A stretch of DNA of 63,514 bases, filler included, from Octopus bimaculoides (Eukaryota), in the NCBI RefSeq assembly GCF_001194135.2. It is 8 parts of 7 records of this genome, joined end to end, with 100 filler letters (N's around TTAATTAATTAA, not from the genome) between each part and the next. Parts side by side here need not be neighbours in the genome. Positions count along the whole stretch, not along the records: positions 45,549 to 52,688 come from NC_068991.1; positions 52,789 to 60,632 come from NC_068988.1; positions 60,733 to 63,514 come from NC_068998.1; 5 more parts are not named here. The stretch is one strand, 5' to 3'. A model generated the notes under the pieces. It was not told where the DNA came from, did no database searches, and worked only from the letters and a program-made list of their open reading frames with translations. The position numbers were made by a program, and so were the translations under genes. Positions 52,077-63,514 of the stretch are shown here, in pieces (the stretch's first letter is position 1; every line of letters begins with the position of its first letter).

Positions 52077-52375
52077 GCGCGCACACACACATACACACAA
52101 ACATACATATTTACATATGTACGTTAACACAGATTCATAGTCATACATATTTATATACACACATAAACGCAAAGATGAAAACGCATCTACATACAGCAGT
52201 ATACACATACACACACAATCACAGGAACAGCTATACATACATACATACATACATACATACATGTATACAGTCATAAACACACATATGTATATATTCAGAT
52301 CAGTATACACATATACACATGCAAACAATCCCTAGCTCCTGTACACATAGAAAAACAGACATAAGGAAAAAGAAT

Positions 52376-52417
<42 letters not shown>

Positions 52418-52613
52418 CCATACCTACATACCTACATACTTACATGCATGCATACATACATACATTTGTGGATACATAAATGCATTCATACACTTACAAA
52501 CATTATTACTGCCACCCGTGGGCTTTCAAAAAGTCTTGTACCCAACTTCCTCTGATACATCGTTTAACTGTTCGGAAAAGGGTGGCTGATTCTATGTTGT
52601 GCGCCTATATGTT

Positions 52614-52688
<75 letters not shown>

Positions 52689-54360
52689 NNNNNNNNNNNN
52701 NNNNNNNNNNNNNNNNNNNNNNNNNNNNNNNNTTAATTAATTAANNNNNNNNNNNNNNNNNNNNNNNNNNNNNNNNNNNNNNNNNNNNGGGGGGGGGGAG
52801 AATATTGAGAAGGAATTCACAGACGCTAAATGATAAAGATGCTTGAAAAGCAGCTTATTGATCAATTTTATGATAGACGCATCAACAAACTTTAGAACTT
52901 AAGTTTCGTATTTTGATAAAAGCGTATGTATAATAATTATTCATCAACAGACTTCTACGATATTATAATTTGGTTTTCCCTTTTACACAGTACAGTTTCG
53001 GATAATTACAATCTTCCACAATAATTAGCAGAATTAGGACAATGTCATGATCTTCTCCCTACACGGAACTGCAAGTCTATGCAGTTTCAATAACGAAATG
53101 TTACTTCAAAGTAACAGCCGCTGCGTTTCCATCAAAGCATCGCCTCAAGAATTTTATATCTGCAACCGACCTCTTAAGTTTAACCACCAACTTTGTTATT
53201 TACGTAAAGGTTAAATGACAGCAAGGTTACTATTTCCTGGAAGGGGTTGGCAAATAAGAAGGAGAAAATGGATATTCGATGATTCACCTGCCAACCCCAT
53301 GCATTCTAAGAAAGAAAAGAGTGCAGAAAGAAGTCTGGTTACACTTGCATCTCCATGCAAATCTAATGAAAATGCATGTGTTTGAAGAGACACAGCAGAA
53401 CTTTCCCCGCTCCCATGTCTACAATAAGAAAGAATTGATGTAGACAGATTAGGTTATAAATATTTATGTGCAGACACGTGTATTTTATATGGTCACAACT
53501 ATACAACAGAATGCATAACGTATAAAAGGCCACTGAAATAATTTCAGTTATTAGGCGATCTTTTTGGAATAACAATGCTCAAATTTTTCAATCAGACAGG
53601 CTTCATACTGGACGTAGATTTAAACAGTCCTTCCTAATAATTACTCTGGGGCCTTATCATGAAATCACTTGCCCCCAAGACACAAAGCCATTTCCTCATT
53701 GCAATCACTTATTGGCAATCTACCCAAACTTATTCCAATATCATCTTGCAATTATCCTACAGTATGGCCTCTATTCAAGCATGCCTAATGCGCCTTCGCT
53801 CGCCGAATAGAAATGTAGAAATTCTGATAAGCGTGGCACTGAAGAGTTTGTCGAGGTAGAGTAGAATTTCAGAAATAGTTTCCGCCAAATGTGATTCAAT
53901 ACAAGACTGTCATGGTCGACAGGATGTAATTAACCTTCAAACAGTTATCTCCCTTAAAGCCGACTGCACCTCCTCTAAAACTGTCTTTAGATCTAATGAG
54001 AGGGAGAGGGGGAGAGAAAGAGTAGGAGAGACATGGGAAGAAAAGGGGGAGAGGAGGAGTCAGGTGGAGAGGAAAGGTAACTAAACATAAAAATAGAGAG
54101 AGAGAGGGAGAAGAGGAGAAAGAAAAGAAAGACAGCAAGGGAGAGATTAGGAAATGGAGAGGACAATGGAAAAGGAAAAAAGGAAGGAGTAGGAGAGTTA
54201 AAGAAGAAAAGAAGGTAGAAGGTATGAAATCAATAGAGAGAAAAATACAGAAGCCTGTTAGAGAGAGAGAGAGAGGGGATAAGCATAAAACAGAAATGTT
54301 TACTGAGACAGAAAGAGAACATGAGAGAGAAATAAGGGAAAATGACTGGACATAGAGAAA

Positions 54361-54454
54361 GAAAGAGATAAGCAGACATTGACAGATAAAAGAGAAAGAA
54401 AACGAAAGAGATAAGCAGACATTGACAGATAAAAGAGAAAGAAAACGAAAGAGA
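54361..54454 (+). repeat. 43 bp perfect tandem duplication in a purine-rich tract
   Basis: GAAAGAGATAAGCAGACATTGACAGATAAAAGAGAAAGAAAAC at 54361 and 54404. Confidence 0.9.
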
Positions 54455-55482
54455 AAGAGAAAGCAAAGGGTGATAGGAGAGGTCATGGGAGCTAAGGCAC
54501 GTGATGTCATTGATATGCAATTTGATGAACAGAAGATAAAAGAGAAGAATATCTGTATTGAATTACAAACAGGTCTTTCACATAGAATAGTGAGGAGAGA
54601 GAGAGAGACAGAGAAGGGAATAATGTTATGATATGGTTTGGTTCACCGATGTTGGCTTTACATCAATTTAGACGAATTTAGACTGTTGGCAGATTTCATA
54701 CCCAGCTTTTTCCAAAATAATCCAACTAGAGATCCCAAAGGACAAGCACTGGAATAAATAAATTAATAAATAAACGAATAAATATTTATTTTATTTGCTG
54801 CATGAACAGAATATACATTAAAAATTGTAAAAACTGTAAAGAGCATAATAAAGAACATAAAAATATATAAACTTTAAATATATTTTCATAGCTTTCATAC
54901 GTTACATAATGCATATATATATTATATTATATTATGTTTTATACAAAATAGTTTGCATATTTATATATCTTTAGATCATTTGTATTATAAAAGATGTAAA
55001 GTAAAATACAATAATGCATTTGATCCCCTAAAGAAAAGAAAAACGAACAGTTCAGAAGTAAATGCTTATCTTTTCCCCTTGGGGCCTACGAGTTAAATTC
55101 CAGTGCGATTATTCTTAACCTGGTAGCAAGCGTCTCACTGGGGACAATTTGCTCTTTTAAGGATAGGATGACATTGGAAACAGACTGGGGTTATGTACAA
55201 TAAGATAAGGGTCGATAAAGATATTTCTATCATATGTGTTACGAATACCAGTTCATTGTAAAGGGAAATCTTACTGAGCAAATTCAGTAGCCAAATACTA
55301 TTTTATTTATACACTCTCCTCAATACTGTCGTCTTCTCTCAACTTCCATAAAATTATATCTGAAGGTACTAGCCTAGCTAGAATGTTTGCCGACCCCGAA
55401 CTCCACAAAAAAACACATTGCCTACAGCAATAGTCTACAACAGGATGAAAAGTGCAGTCCGGGGTCAGACTGCCCCTACCGC

Positions 55483-55920
55483 CTCATCATCATCGTTTAA
55501 CATCCGCTTTCCAAGCTGGTATGGGTTGGACAGTTTAACTGAGGTCTGGAGAGCCAGAAGGCCGCACCAGGCTCCAGTCTGATCTAGCAATGGTTCTTCA
55601 GCTGGATGCCCTTCCTGACGCCAACCACTCCGAGAGTGTAGTAGGTGCTTTTTACGTGCCACTGGCACAAGGGTCAGTCAGGCGGAAATGGCATCAGCCA
55701 CATTCGGGTGGTGCTTTTTTATGTGCCACTGGAACAGGAGCCAGTCAGGTGGTACTGGCCACAGCTACAATTTTGGTTTTACTTGACTCAACAGGTTTTC
55801 TCAAGCATATCATATTACCCAACACATAAAGGGTAATCTTAAATGGGCCAGACATACAACACTGGCATCAGCCATGGCTGCGATCTCACTTTAGTTGCCA
55901 GGTCTTCTGAATCACAGCAT
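55483..55920 (-). mobile_element. RTE-type LINE 3' UTR and tail
   Basis: Collinear with 5003-5700; (CAT)n at about 55483-55494. Confidence 0.8.
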
Positions 55921-55984
55921 ATCTCCTTAGGTCTTGGTCTCCTGTCATTGCCTACTGAAATTACATGAAAATATCTTGAAATGC

Positions 55985-56766
55985 TAAAGAGTAAATTTAT
56001 TCAATAGAATCAACATTGGCTTCAACCATGGCCTCCAGATGACTTTGGAATCTTCTGCAACTATTTTGGACAGTCTCCTTATTTAAGTTGGTGAATGCTG
56101 CCATACTCCTTGCTATCAGTACCTCTTTGATGTTACAAGGAGTTTTGTTGGTCTCTTGCTCAACTGTGCCCCATAGATAATAATCAAGGGGGGTTGCAAT
56201 CTGGGGAGTTTGGTGGCCAGATGTTAGGGGTGATGTGGTAGCAGAAATTGCCTGACAGCCATGACTGGGTTCTCCTGCTTGTGTGGCATGGTGCAGAGTC
56301 CTGTCGCCAGACATAGGGTCTTCCAGCAGTCACCCTCTTGACCCATGGCAGAATTACCTTCTCCAGGCACTTGATGTAGGCCTCCTTGTTCAGTCTGAGG
56401 CTGTGTGAGAACATGAATGGAGGCATAACGTCGCCATCACTTGTGATCACTACAAACTCCATGATGTTGACTTGATGTTTAATTTTTATCACTCCCGGTA
56501 CACATCCTCAGATTTCACTGTCCTTAGATTGACACCCAAACACTTTGATGAAATGTTTGTATTGGAGCTTCCGGTGAAAATGCCAAGCAGTACAGTATGT
56601 TGTTTCCAAATTTCTGGCAGAGTGAATCCTATCATGGTGCTGTTTTTCTCACAGATGGTGCCCAACTGACCCTACTATACTGTGTATTTGAAAAAATCAA
56701 AAACAAACAATGCGTATGCGCAAAATTAAAAATATAAAATGGCAACAATTTACCCATCGCACCCTG
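55985..56766 (-). mobile_element. Tc1/mariner transposon, DD37D (maT-like), internally deleted
   Basis: QDSAPCH...WPPNSPDCNP(L)DY with 37 residues between the 2nd and 3rd Asp across one frameshift; TIR CAGGGTGCGATGGGTAAATTG begins at 56766 next to TA. Confidence 0.85.
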
Positions 56767-57018
56767 TATGTATAGGGGTATATATATATATATATATNNN
56801 NNNNNNNNNNNNNNNNNNNNNNNNNNNNNNNNNNNNNNNNNNNNNNNNNNNNNNNNNNNNNNNNNNNNNNNNNNNNNNNNNNNNNNNNNNNNNNNNNNNN
56901 NNNNNNNNNNNNNNNNNNNNNNNNNNNNNNNNNNNNNNNNNNNNNNNNNNNNNNNNNNNNNNNNNNNNNNNNNNNNNNNNNNNNNNNNNNNNNNNNNNNN
57001 NNNNNNNNNNNNNNNNNN

Positions 57019-57190
57019 AGGAAGAGCATCCAGTTGTAAAAATCCTGCCAAAACAGTCACAGAAGTCAAGTGCAGGCTTTGGCCTGGCCGGATCTTGTGA
57101 AACTGTCCCACCCATGCTAGCATGGAAGGTGGACATTAAACGATGATGATGATGATGATGATGATGATAATGATGATGATGATATTGATG
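57019..57190 (+). mobile_element. 3' tail of an RTE-related element
   Basis: GGAAGAGCATCCAG...CCCATGCTAGCATGGAAGGTGGACATTAAAC(GAT)n. Confidence 0.7.
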
Positions 57191-57209
57191 ATATATATAT
57201 ATATTCTTT

Positions 57210-57748
57210 CATTCTTTTATTTGTTTCAGTTATTTCACCGTGGCAAAGCTGGAGCACTGCCTTTAGTCGAAAAAATCAACCCAAAGACTTATTCTTTGTA
57301 ATCCTGGTACTTACTCTATCAATATCTTTTGCCAAACCACTAAGTTACGGGGATGTAAACATACCAGCATCAGTTGTCAAGCAATGGTGTGGGAACAAAC
57401 ACAGACACACAAATACACACATACACACACACACACACATATATATGAGAGGCTTCTTTCAGTTTCCATCTACCAAATTCAATCACAAGGCTTTGGTCAG
57501 CCCGAGGCTATAGTAGAAGACATTTTCCCAAGGTGCCATACAGTGGGACTGAACCCAGAACTATATGGTTGGGAAGCAAGCTTCTTACCACACAGCCATT
57601 CCTATATATGAAGGGCTTCTTTCAGTTTCCATCTACCAAATCCACTCACAAGGCTTTGGTCATCTCAAGGCTATAGTAGAAGACACTTGCCCAAGGTGCC
57701 ATGCAGGACAATGTGGATGGGAAGCAAGCTTCTTACCACACAGCCATG
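57210..57748 (-). mobile_element. Full family A SINE (57210-57600) plus a second head (57605-57748)
   Basis: Duplicated CTTCTTTCAGTTTCCATCTACCAAAT...GGGAAGCAAGCTTCTTACCACACAGCCAT. Confidence 0.85.
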
Positions 57749-58279
57749 CGAAAGAATTTTTGTAAAATAACTTTGATTCTCATCAAATCATATGAGTGTC
57801 CAAGAAACCACTCGATCTGTAACCATTCCATCTTTTGTCAGGCATTATTTATCTCCAACTACATCACCTGCTATGTCTTTCTTGTATTTTGTTCTATTTT
57901 TAGGACAGTAATGAATGATTTGACAAAATTCTGGCTGCTATTTCTAGCACGTGGAGTAATTGCATTGAGGCTTTCTCAATGGTTCGATAGCTACGATGTT
58001 GTTGAATGACCTAAAATTATACAATTTACAGTCTGATTAATTAATGTTGCTGATCTCATTCACAGCTGGTGTTTGTAATATTATACTTGAGAAAAAAAAG
58101 TGAATGGAAACAAAAATACTAACAGTATTGAAATTATGCAGTTGCATTCTGATGAATCAATATTGTTTATACCATAACGATTGTGTAAATATCATATTTT
58201 GAGGAAATACTGTGAATGAAACACACAAATGAATAGCAATAATGCTGGAAGTATTTATAACTATGCAACAGATTTCTAC

Positions 58280-58440
58280 AGTTGATACAGGTATAGCTGT
58301 GTGGTTAAGAAATTTGCTTTGCAACTCTGCGGTTTTGGTTTTGGCTGCACTGTGCAGCACCTTGGGCAAATGTGTTCTATTGTAGCACCGGGACTAACCA
58401 ATGCCTTGTAAAGAATTTAGTGTAGAAGCCCATTATGTAT
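58280..58440 (+). mobile_element. Family A SINE head (diverged)
   Basis: GCTGTGTGGTTAAGAAATTTGC...GCACCTTGGGCAAATG. Confidence 0.6.
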
Positions 58441-58489
58441 ATACAAATATATATGAAATGGTACAAATGTGGAGACTTATATTCGTGAC

Positions 58490-59244
58490 TTCAAGTTTCT
58501 GTTAACAACAAACAAGATGAGGACAAATATCCATCAAATGTAAATAATGTAAATAATGTACATAATTCCTCATCTCTTAAATATAGAACTGTATAAAATT
58601 TTGTGTTAAACTTGAGAAGTCTGCTACAGAGACATTGAGCATGTTTTGGCAAGCTTACAGCGATGAGGCAATGAGTCGTATGCAATGTTGTGTGTGGCAC
58701 GAGTGCTTCAAAAGCAGAAGAATGTCCCTGGAAGACAATGAGCAATCTGGAAGACCTGCCACAAGCGTCACTTCTGGTAATGTGGTATTGTGCATTGAGA
58801 ATTCATTCCCCCAGAGCCAGACCATCAATTGAGAGTTCTACTGCAATGGTTTAAAGCATCTAAGGGTGGACATTTGGCAAAAGGTACCAGATCTGTGGAG
58901 TGCAAAGAATTAGATTCTTCACTCGTGAGTTTCTTGCCAAAAACAACATGAAATGCTTCCACCCACCCACCTATTCACAAGATTTAGCACCTCCAGACTT
59001 TCATCTCTTTTCCAAGATGAAAATGCAGCTCAAAAGTTTTAGCACTGTTGTTAAGATCCAGGACAAATTGCAGAAGATCCTTGATTTACAGGAAACGACT
59101 TCTAGGCCAGATTCCAAAAGTGGCAGCACCAGTGTATTAATGCACAAGGTGACTATTTCAAAGGAGATAATGTTAAAACTTAGGTAAATAAGGTATTTTT
59201 TATTAAACATAACTCGTCTGGGAACCTTTTGAATTCACCTCATA
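58490..59244 (+). mobile_element. Mariner transposon with internal deletions
   Basis: AYSDEAMSRMQC..WHECFKSRRMSLEDNEQSGRP (N-terminal HTH region) and PPTYSQDLAPPDFHLF (YSPDLAPxD); 3' TIR GGAACCTTTTGAATTCACCTCA followed by TA. Confidence 0.85.
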
Positions 59245-59597
59245 TATTGGAACTCCACATCTTATAAACCTCTTATCAAACCAACCAAAAATTGTCACTG
59301 TTGTCTATCAACTTACTAGAAAAACAACCAAATTTTCTTCAGGTCACACCTTACTACTTGAATTAGAGGAAAAGCACACAAATTAATCTAGCTCAAGGTG
59401 AACAATGCTTAGCAAATAAATAACATTGTTGGGAACCAGAATGTTTTTGATCGCATGTCTGATCATTCAAGGCCAAACTGGAGCCAAAAAACAATGTGTA
59501 GATTGTATATTGTTTTATAATAACAACTTTGGTTTCACTATACATACATGCTTACGCACACACACACATCACATATACACACAGCACATCGTATTTC

Positions 59598-60010
59598 TTT
59601 TACTCTTTTATTCTTTTACATGTTTCAGTCATTTAACTGCAGCCATGTTGGAGCACTGCCTTCAGTCAAACAAATCGAACCCAGGACTTATTCTTTGTAA
59701 ACCCAGTATTTATTCTATCAGTGTCTTTTGCTGAACCGTTATGTTTCGGGGACATAAACAAACCAACATTGGTTGTCAAGCGATAGTAGGGGGACAAACA
59801 CAGACACAAAGACACACACACATAAATAAATATATATATATATATCTACATGATGGGCTTCTTTCAGTTTCCATCGACCAAATCCACTCACAAGGCTTTG
59901 GTTGGCCCAAGACTATAGTAGAAGGCACTTGCCCAAAGTGCCAAACAATGGGACTGAACCTAGACCCATGTGGTTGGAAAGCAAGCTACTTACCACACAG
60001 CTGCTCCTGC
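59598..60010 (-). mobile_element. Family A SINE, full length
   Basis: Collinear with 430-808 and 57210-57600. Confidence 0.85.
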
Positions 60011-60020
60011 GCCTATATCT

Positions 60021-60075
<55 letters not shown>

Positions 60076-60182
60076 TTCAAAAAAACACAAAAAACAATAA
60101 CAAAAAAATAACAAAGTGAGGACGTGATACGGATAGTGTTATTGGACGCTCGGGAAAGGAAAGAGAGAGTGTATATATATAT

Positions 60183-60490
60183 CATCATCATCATTATCCT
60201 AATCATCCAGTGATATAAATCTGGGTTTTGTCCCTGTTAACGGAGGAGGCCAGATCTACCTCAATGGCATAGCAACCGCCCTCACACTATCTCGCTATCT
60301 TGCCTGGTTTTGGGACGTCCTCCTTTTTCAAACCAGCCCCTTCCAATCTCCTCCTCCACCTGTTCCCTCCACCTTTTCCTTGGTCTACCTTGCTTTTGTG
60401 CTCCATTTACCTCAAACGCAATCACCCTCTTCAGAACATGCTCTTCATCCCTCCGCAACACATGCCCATACCACCTCACTCCATTCACCC
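60183..60490 (-). mobile_element. RTE-type LINE 3' end (a different subfamily)
   Basis: RWYGHVLRRDEEHVLKR...GRPRKRWREQVEE followed by a short UTR and (GAT)n. Confidence 0.8.
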
Positions 60491-60597
60491 TGTGTTTGTG
60501 TGTGTGATGCTATATATGAAATCATGTTTTTCCTATATGTTTGAAAGAAAAGCTGTTCTTTCTATAGATGTAAATATATATACATACATGCACACAC

Positions 60598-60632
<35 letters not shown>

Positions 60633-60732
60633 NNNNNNNNNNNNNNNNNNNNNNNNNNNNNNNNNNNNNNNNNNNNTTAATTAATTAANNNNNNNNNNNN
60701 NNNNNNNNNNNNNNNNNNNNNNNNNNNNNNNN

Positions 60733-60785
<53 letters not shown>

Positions 60786-61236
60786 TATATATACATACGT
60801 GTGTGTATATATGTATATGTACATATGTGCATATATACATACACACACACACACATATATATATGCATATAAAGAAAGACTATGTATTACCTCATTATTT
60901 TTAATTTAGTAGTTACAAATATTTCAATACAACATGGGTAATAGATTTCATGAATATAAATATGAATATTTATAATAATATGAATGTAATAAATGCATAA
61001 TATAACCGTATAGCTACACACATTATTTAGTACTCATGCACATATTCTGCGCCCATGGATAGTTTTCTCCTTGAATATAAAAAAGCACATAGAACTGATA
61101 ACCAGTATTCTTTGCAGAAGTGCAGCACACGGACACTGCTCCGATTTGAGGAAACAATATCCGCATAAAGGATTATTAAAAACAATCTTGATGCCAACTA
61201 GGTTTGACCAAATATATTGATAGAATGTTGCTCAAG

Positions 61237-61268
<32 letters not shown>

Positions 61269-62460
61269 AAAGTCTTATAACATTAAAAAATCAATAAAAG
61301 AAAATGGAGAAGAAAATTAAAAAGATGATTGGTTCATTTTATTTGTAGTACAATTGGAAAAGTAATGCAAATTAAAAGATTAAGAGATTCTCTTATATGA
61401 ACAAGTATAAAAGGAACCGTAACAGGTACAAAAGGAACTGCGTCAACAAAAAAATAATATCCAATAGATATTCTACGTTTGTTTTAATATAACAATATTT
61501 TAGAATCATCGATAATTGTAACTTTTGAAGACGTAATAAGCGGTATACTGTCAGATCTCTTCAGGAAAAAGAAGTATATTTTAGTCTTGAGTTATGAAAT
61601 GACATTTGAGAACTATGTTAAGAAAATTTTGAAATGTAAACAAACTACTTTGCAAGACGCAGAGTTCATGTGATTAGAAATTTATTTTTAAAAGACATAC
61701 GTATCATATTTATATTTATAAATATTTATGCGAAAAACGGATGTAGTTCATCGTGAGAGGTGTAATATACAAATAATTATATTGGGAAATGTAAATAAGG
61801 ATTGAATGAATAACATTGGTGTTATTTAGGAATTAAATTAGGATATAATTTCTTATGTTCGAAGAAAAAATATTTTGTATTTAAAATATAAGGTGTATAA
61901 AAACTATATAATACTCACTAAATGTTGCTAAATGGTGGAGAAATTAAAAACGGTGTTACAAGGTAATTTCCCTAGGGCAAAATTTGAATAACTAGTGATC
62001 TCCCTTTATTTCATATATATGTGTAATCATGTCATTCGATATTCTAAAAATAAATGAAAAATGGCTTGTGTTTCACTTTAGTAATATGTATATAAGTTAT
62101 ATGATTAAAACAGATATCAATACGTACGTGTGGTTTAAAATTTCTTATTTATATATTGGAATATATTAAAAACACCAATACTCATAAATACGGGATTATA
62201 ATATTTTATAAAAATAAAAATAAACTATAAAGCTATCAAAATACAGGATTTATGTAAAATGGGGTTGTATTAAAAAAAAATATAGAATTTGGGGTTTATT
62301 TAATGTTAATCATATTTATATTCTATCTAACAATGAGATAGATATTATAGATTAGAAGTAAAATTAAAGTAAATTATTGAAGGGTATAATTACAAGATTA
62401 AGAGATCAATAGGTTAAATTAATACTTATATTTATACTGGTATCATATTATATATTGTTT

Positions 62461-63110
62461 GCCTGGTGCAGAGGTTTCAGGTCGTTTTTCAAGTCAAACT
62501 CTTAGCTCCAAGCACCCAATGAAGCAGGCGGCCTGTGGCGGGTCAGCACCTTATTAACCGGGGGCTGCCCAGCTTGAGGTGGGCAGTAGCTAACCATTGG
62601 GACACGAGGGTGCCTCCCACCGTCAGAGGTAACCCGTAGCGCCCATATCCTACGCCAATCAGAATGGACTTATCACTCGTGACTGCTACCTCCCGTGTTT
62701 TTTCTGCCACTTTTTACAGCAGCACTGAAGTGTCCTCTCCAGTTTTGCGCAGGCCTGGGCTAAATATAAAAAAATCCTGGGTAGCACAATCGTCAGGGTT
62801 CCTCTCTCGACCTTGCTGACGTAGTCCAAAGTAGTGCAGAGCATTACGTTTGGCACCAGCTTGGTTGCAGGAGCTGCCGGAAGAGTGTCGAGTCGAGCAC
62901 TAAACCGCCTCTGGGGCTCCACTCCGGATTTCTTTGAAGGTTATCTCCTTTCCGTAACCCTGGATAGGAGCCCATACCGGGTACTGTCAGCCGGAGCCAG
63001 CTGAGCCCGGGACTCGTGTCAGGCAAGGTCGTCACTTCCTGAAGTAGTGGAGAAAATCGCTACCTACTACCCAGGACTACACAGCCACAGCAGGAGATGT
63101 ATTAGGACAT
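62461..63110 (-). mobile_element. GC-rich 5' UTR of an RTE-BovB-like LINE, with no ORF following
   Basis: Minus strand contains CTACTGCCCACCTCAAGCTGGGCAGCCCCCGGTTAATAAGGTGCTGACCCGCCACAG...GCACCAGGC, resembling recalled RTE 5' UTRs; not search-confirmed. Confidence 0.6.
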
Positions 63111-63483
63111 GAAATGTAAAAACCGGAGTAGATTATTTTATGCACAACTCCATTGTCTCCGGAGACAAAAAGGATGCCAATATATACAATATACAATATA
63201 TTATATATATATACATATTTATATTTATATATTAGTGCTACATATGGTTTATATAATGATTGTTATAATAAATAATTGTACTATTATAATTCTTTGTTAT
63301 TTAAAATGTGGGTTATATGTAGAATATCTCTTTGAATATTTTGGGGTTATTTTGTTCATGCGGTTCCTTTTATATTTGTTCTTATAGTCATATCTTTTAA
63401 TCTTTTAATTTACATTACTTTTCCAACTGTAATACAAATAAAATGAACCATCTTTTAAATTTTTCTTCTCCATTTTTTAAAAC

Positions 63484-63514
<31 letters not shown>

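Noticed and set aside
53211-53400. Overlapping ~56-60 aa ORFs on both strands
   Set aside because: No recognisable domain or splice context, and the lengths are compatible with chance.

Overview
AT-rich, microsatellite-dense, gap-ridden eukaryotic DNA that is almost entirely repeat-derived. The SINE types, RTE tails and simple-repeat load suggest an octopod cephalopod (Octopus-like); this is inference from recalled repeat families, not a search. I can support no host protein-coding gene, rRNA, tRNA gene or CRISPR array, and most listed ORFs are microsatellite or N artefacts. The window holds decayed retroelements (RTE, HERO-like, three R4/Dong-like copies in TAA tracts, L1/Tx1-like, three Penelope-like GIY-YIG remnants), DNA transposons (two mariners, a DD37D maT-like Tc1/mariner, a MULE) and many tRNA-derived SINEs. 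Seven N44-TTAATTAATTAA-N44 linkers show it is stitched from separate pieces. The most interesting signal is at the RNA level. Four type I hammerhead ribozyme (HHR) motifs with palindromic or near-palindromic loop III sit in non-coding repeats, two of them in the arms of a ~750 bp foldback. That repeat's unit recurs circularly permuted at 46 kb (retrozyme or Penelope pLTR-like). Two hairpins invert at HHR stem I, and a set of HHR core strands occurs in a non-canonical order in the HERO-like 3' end. Ribozyme activity is untested inference.
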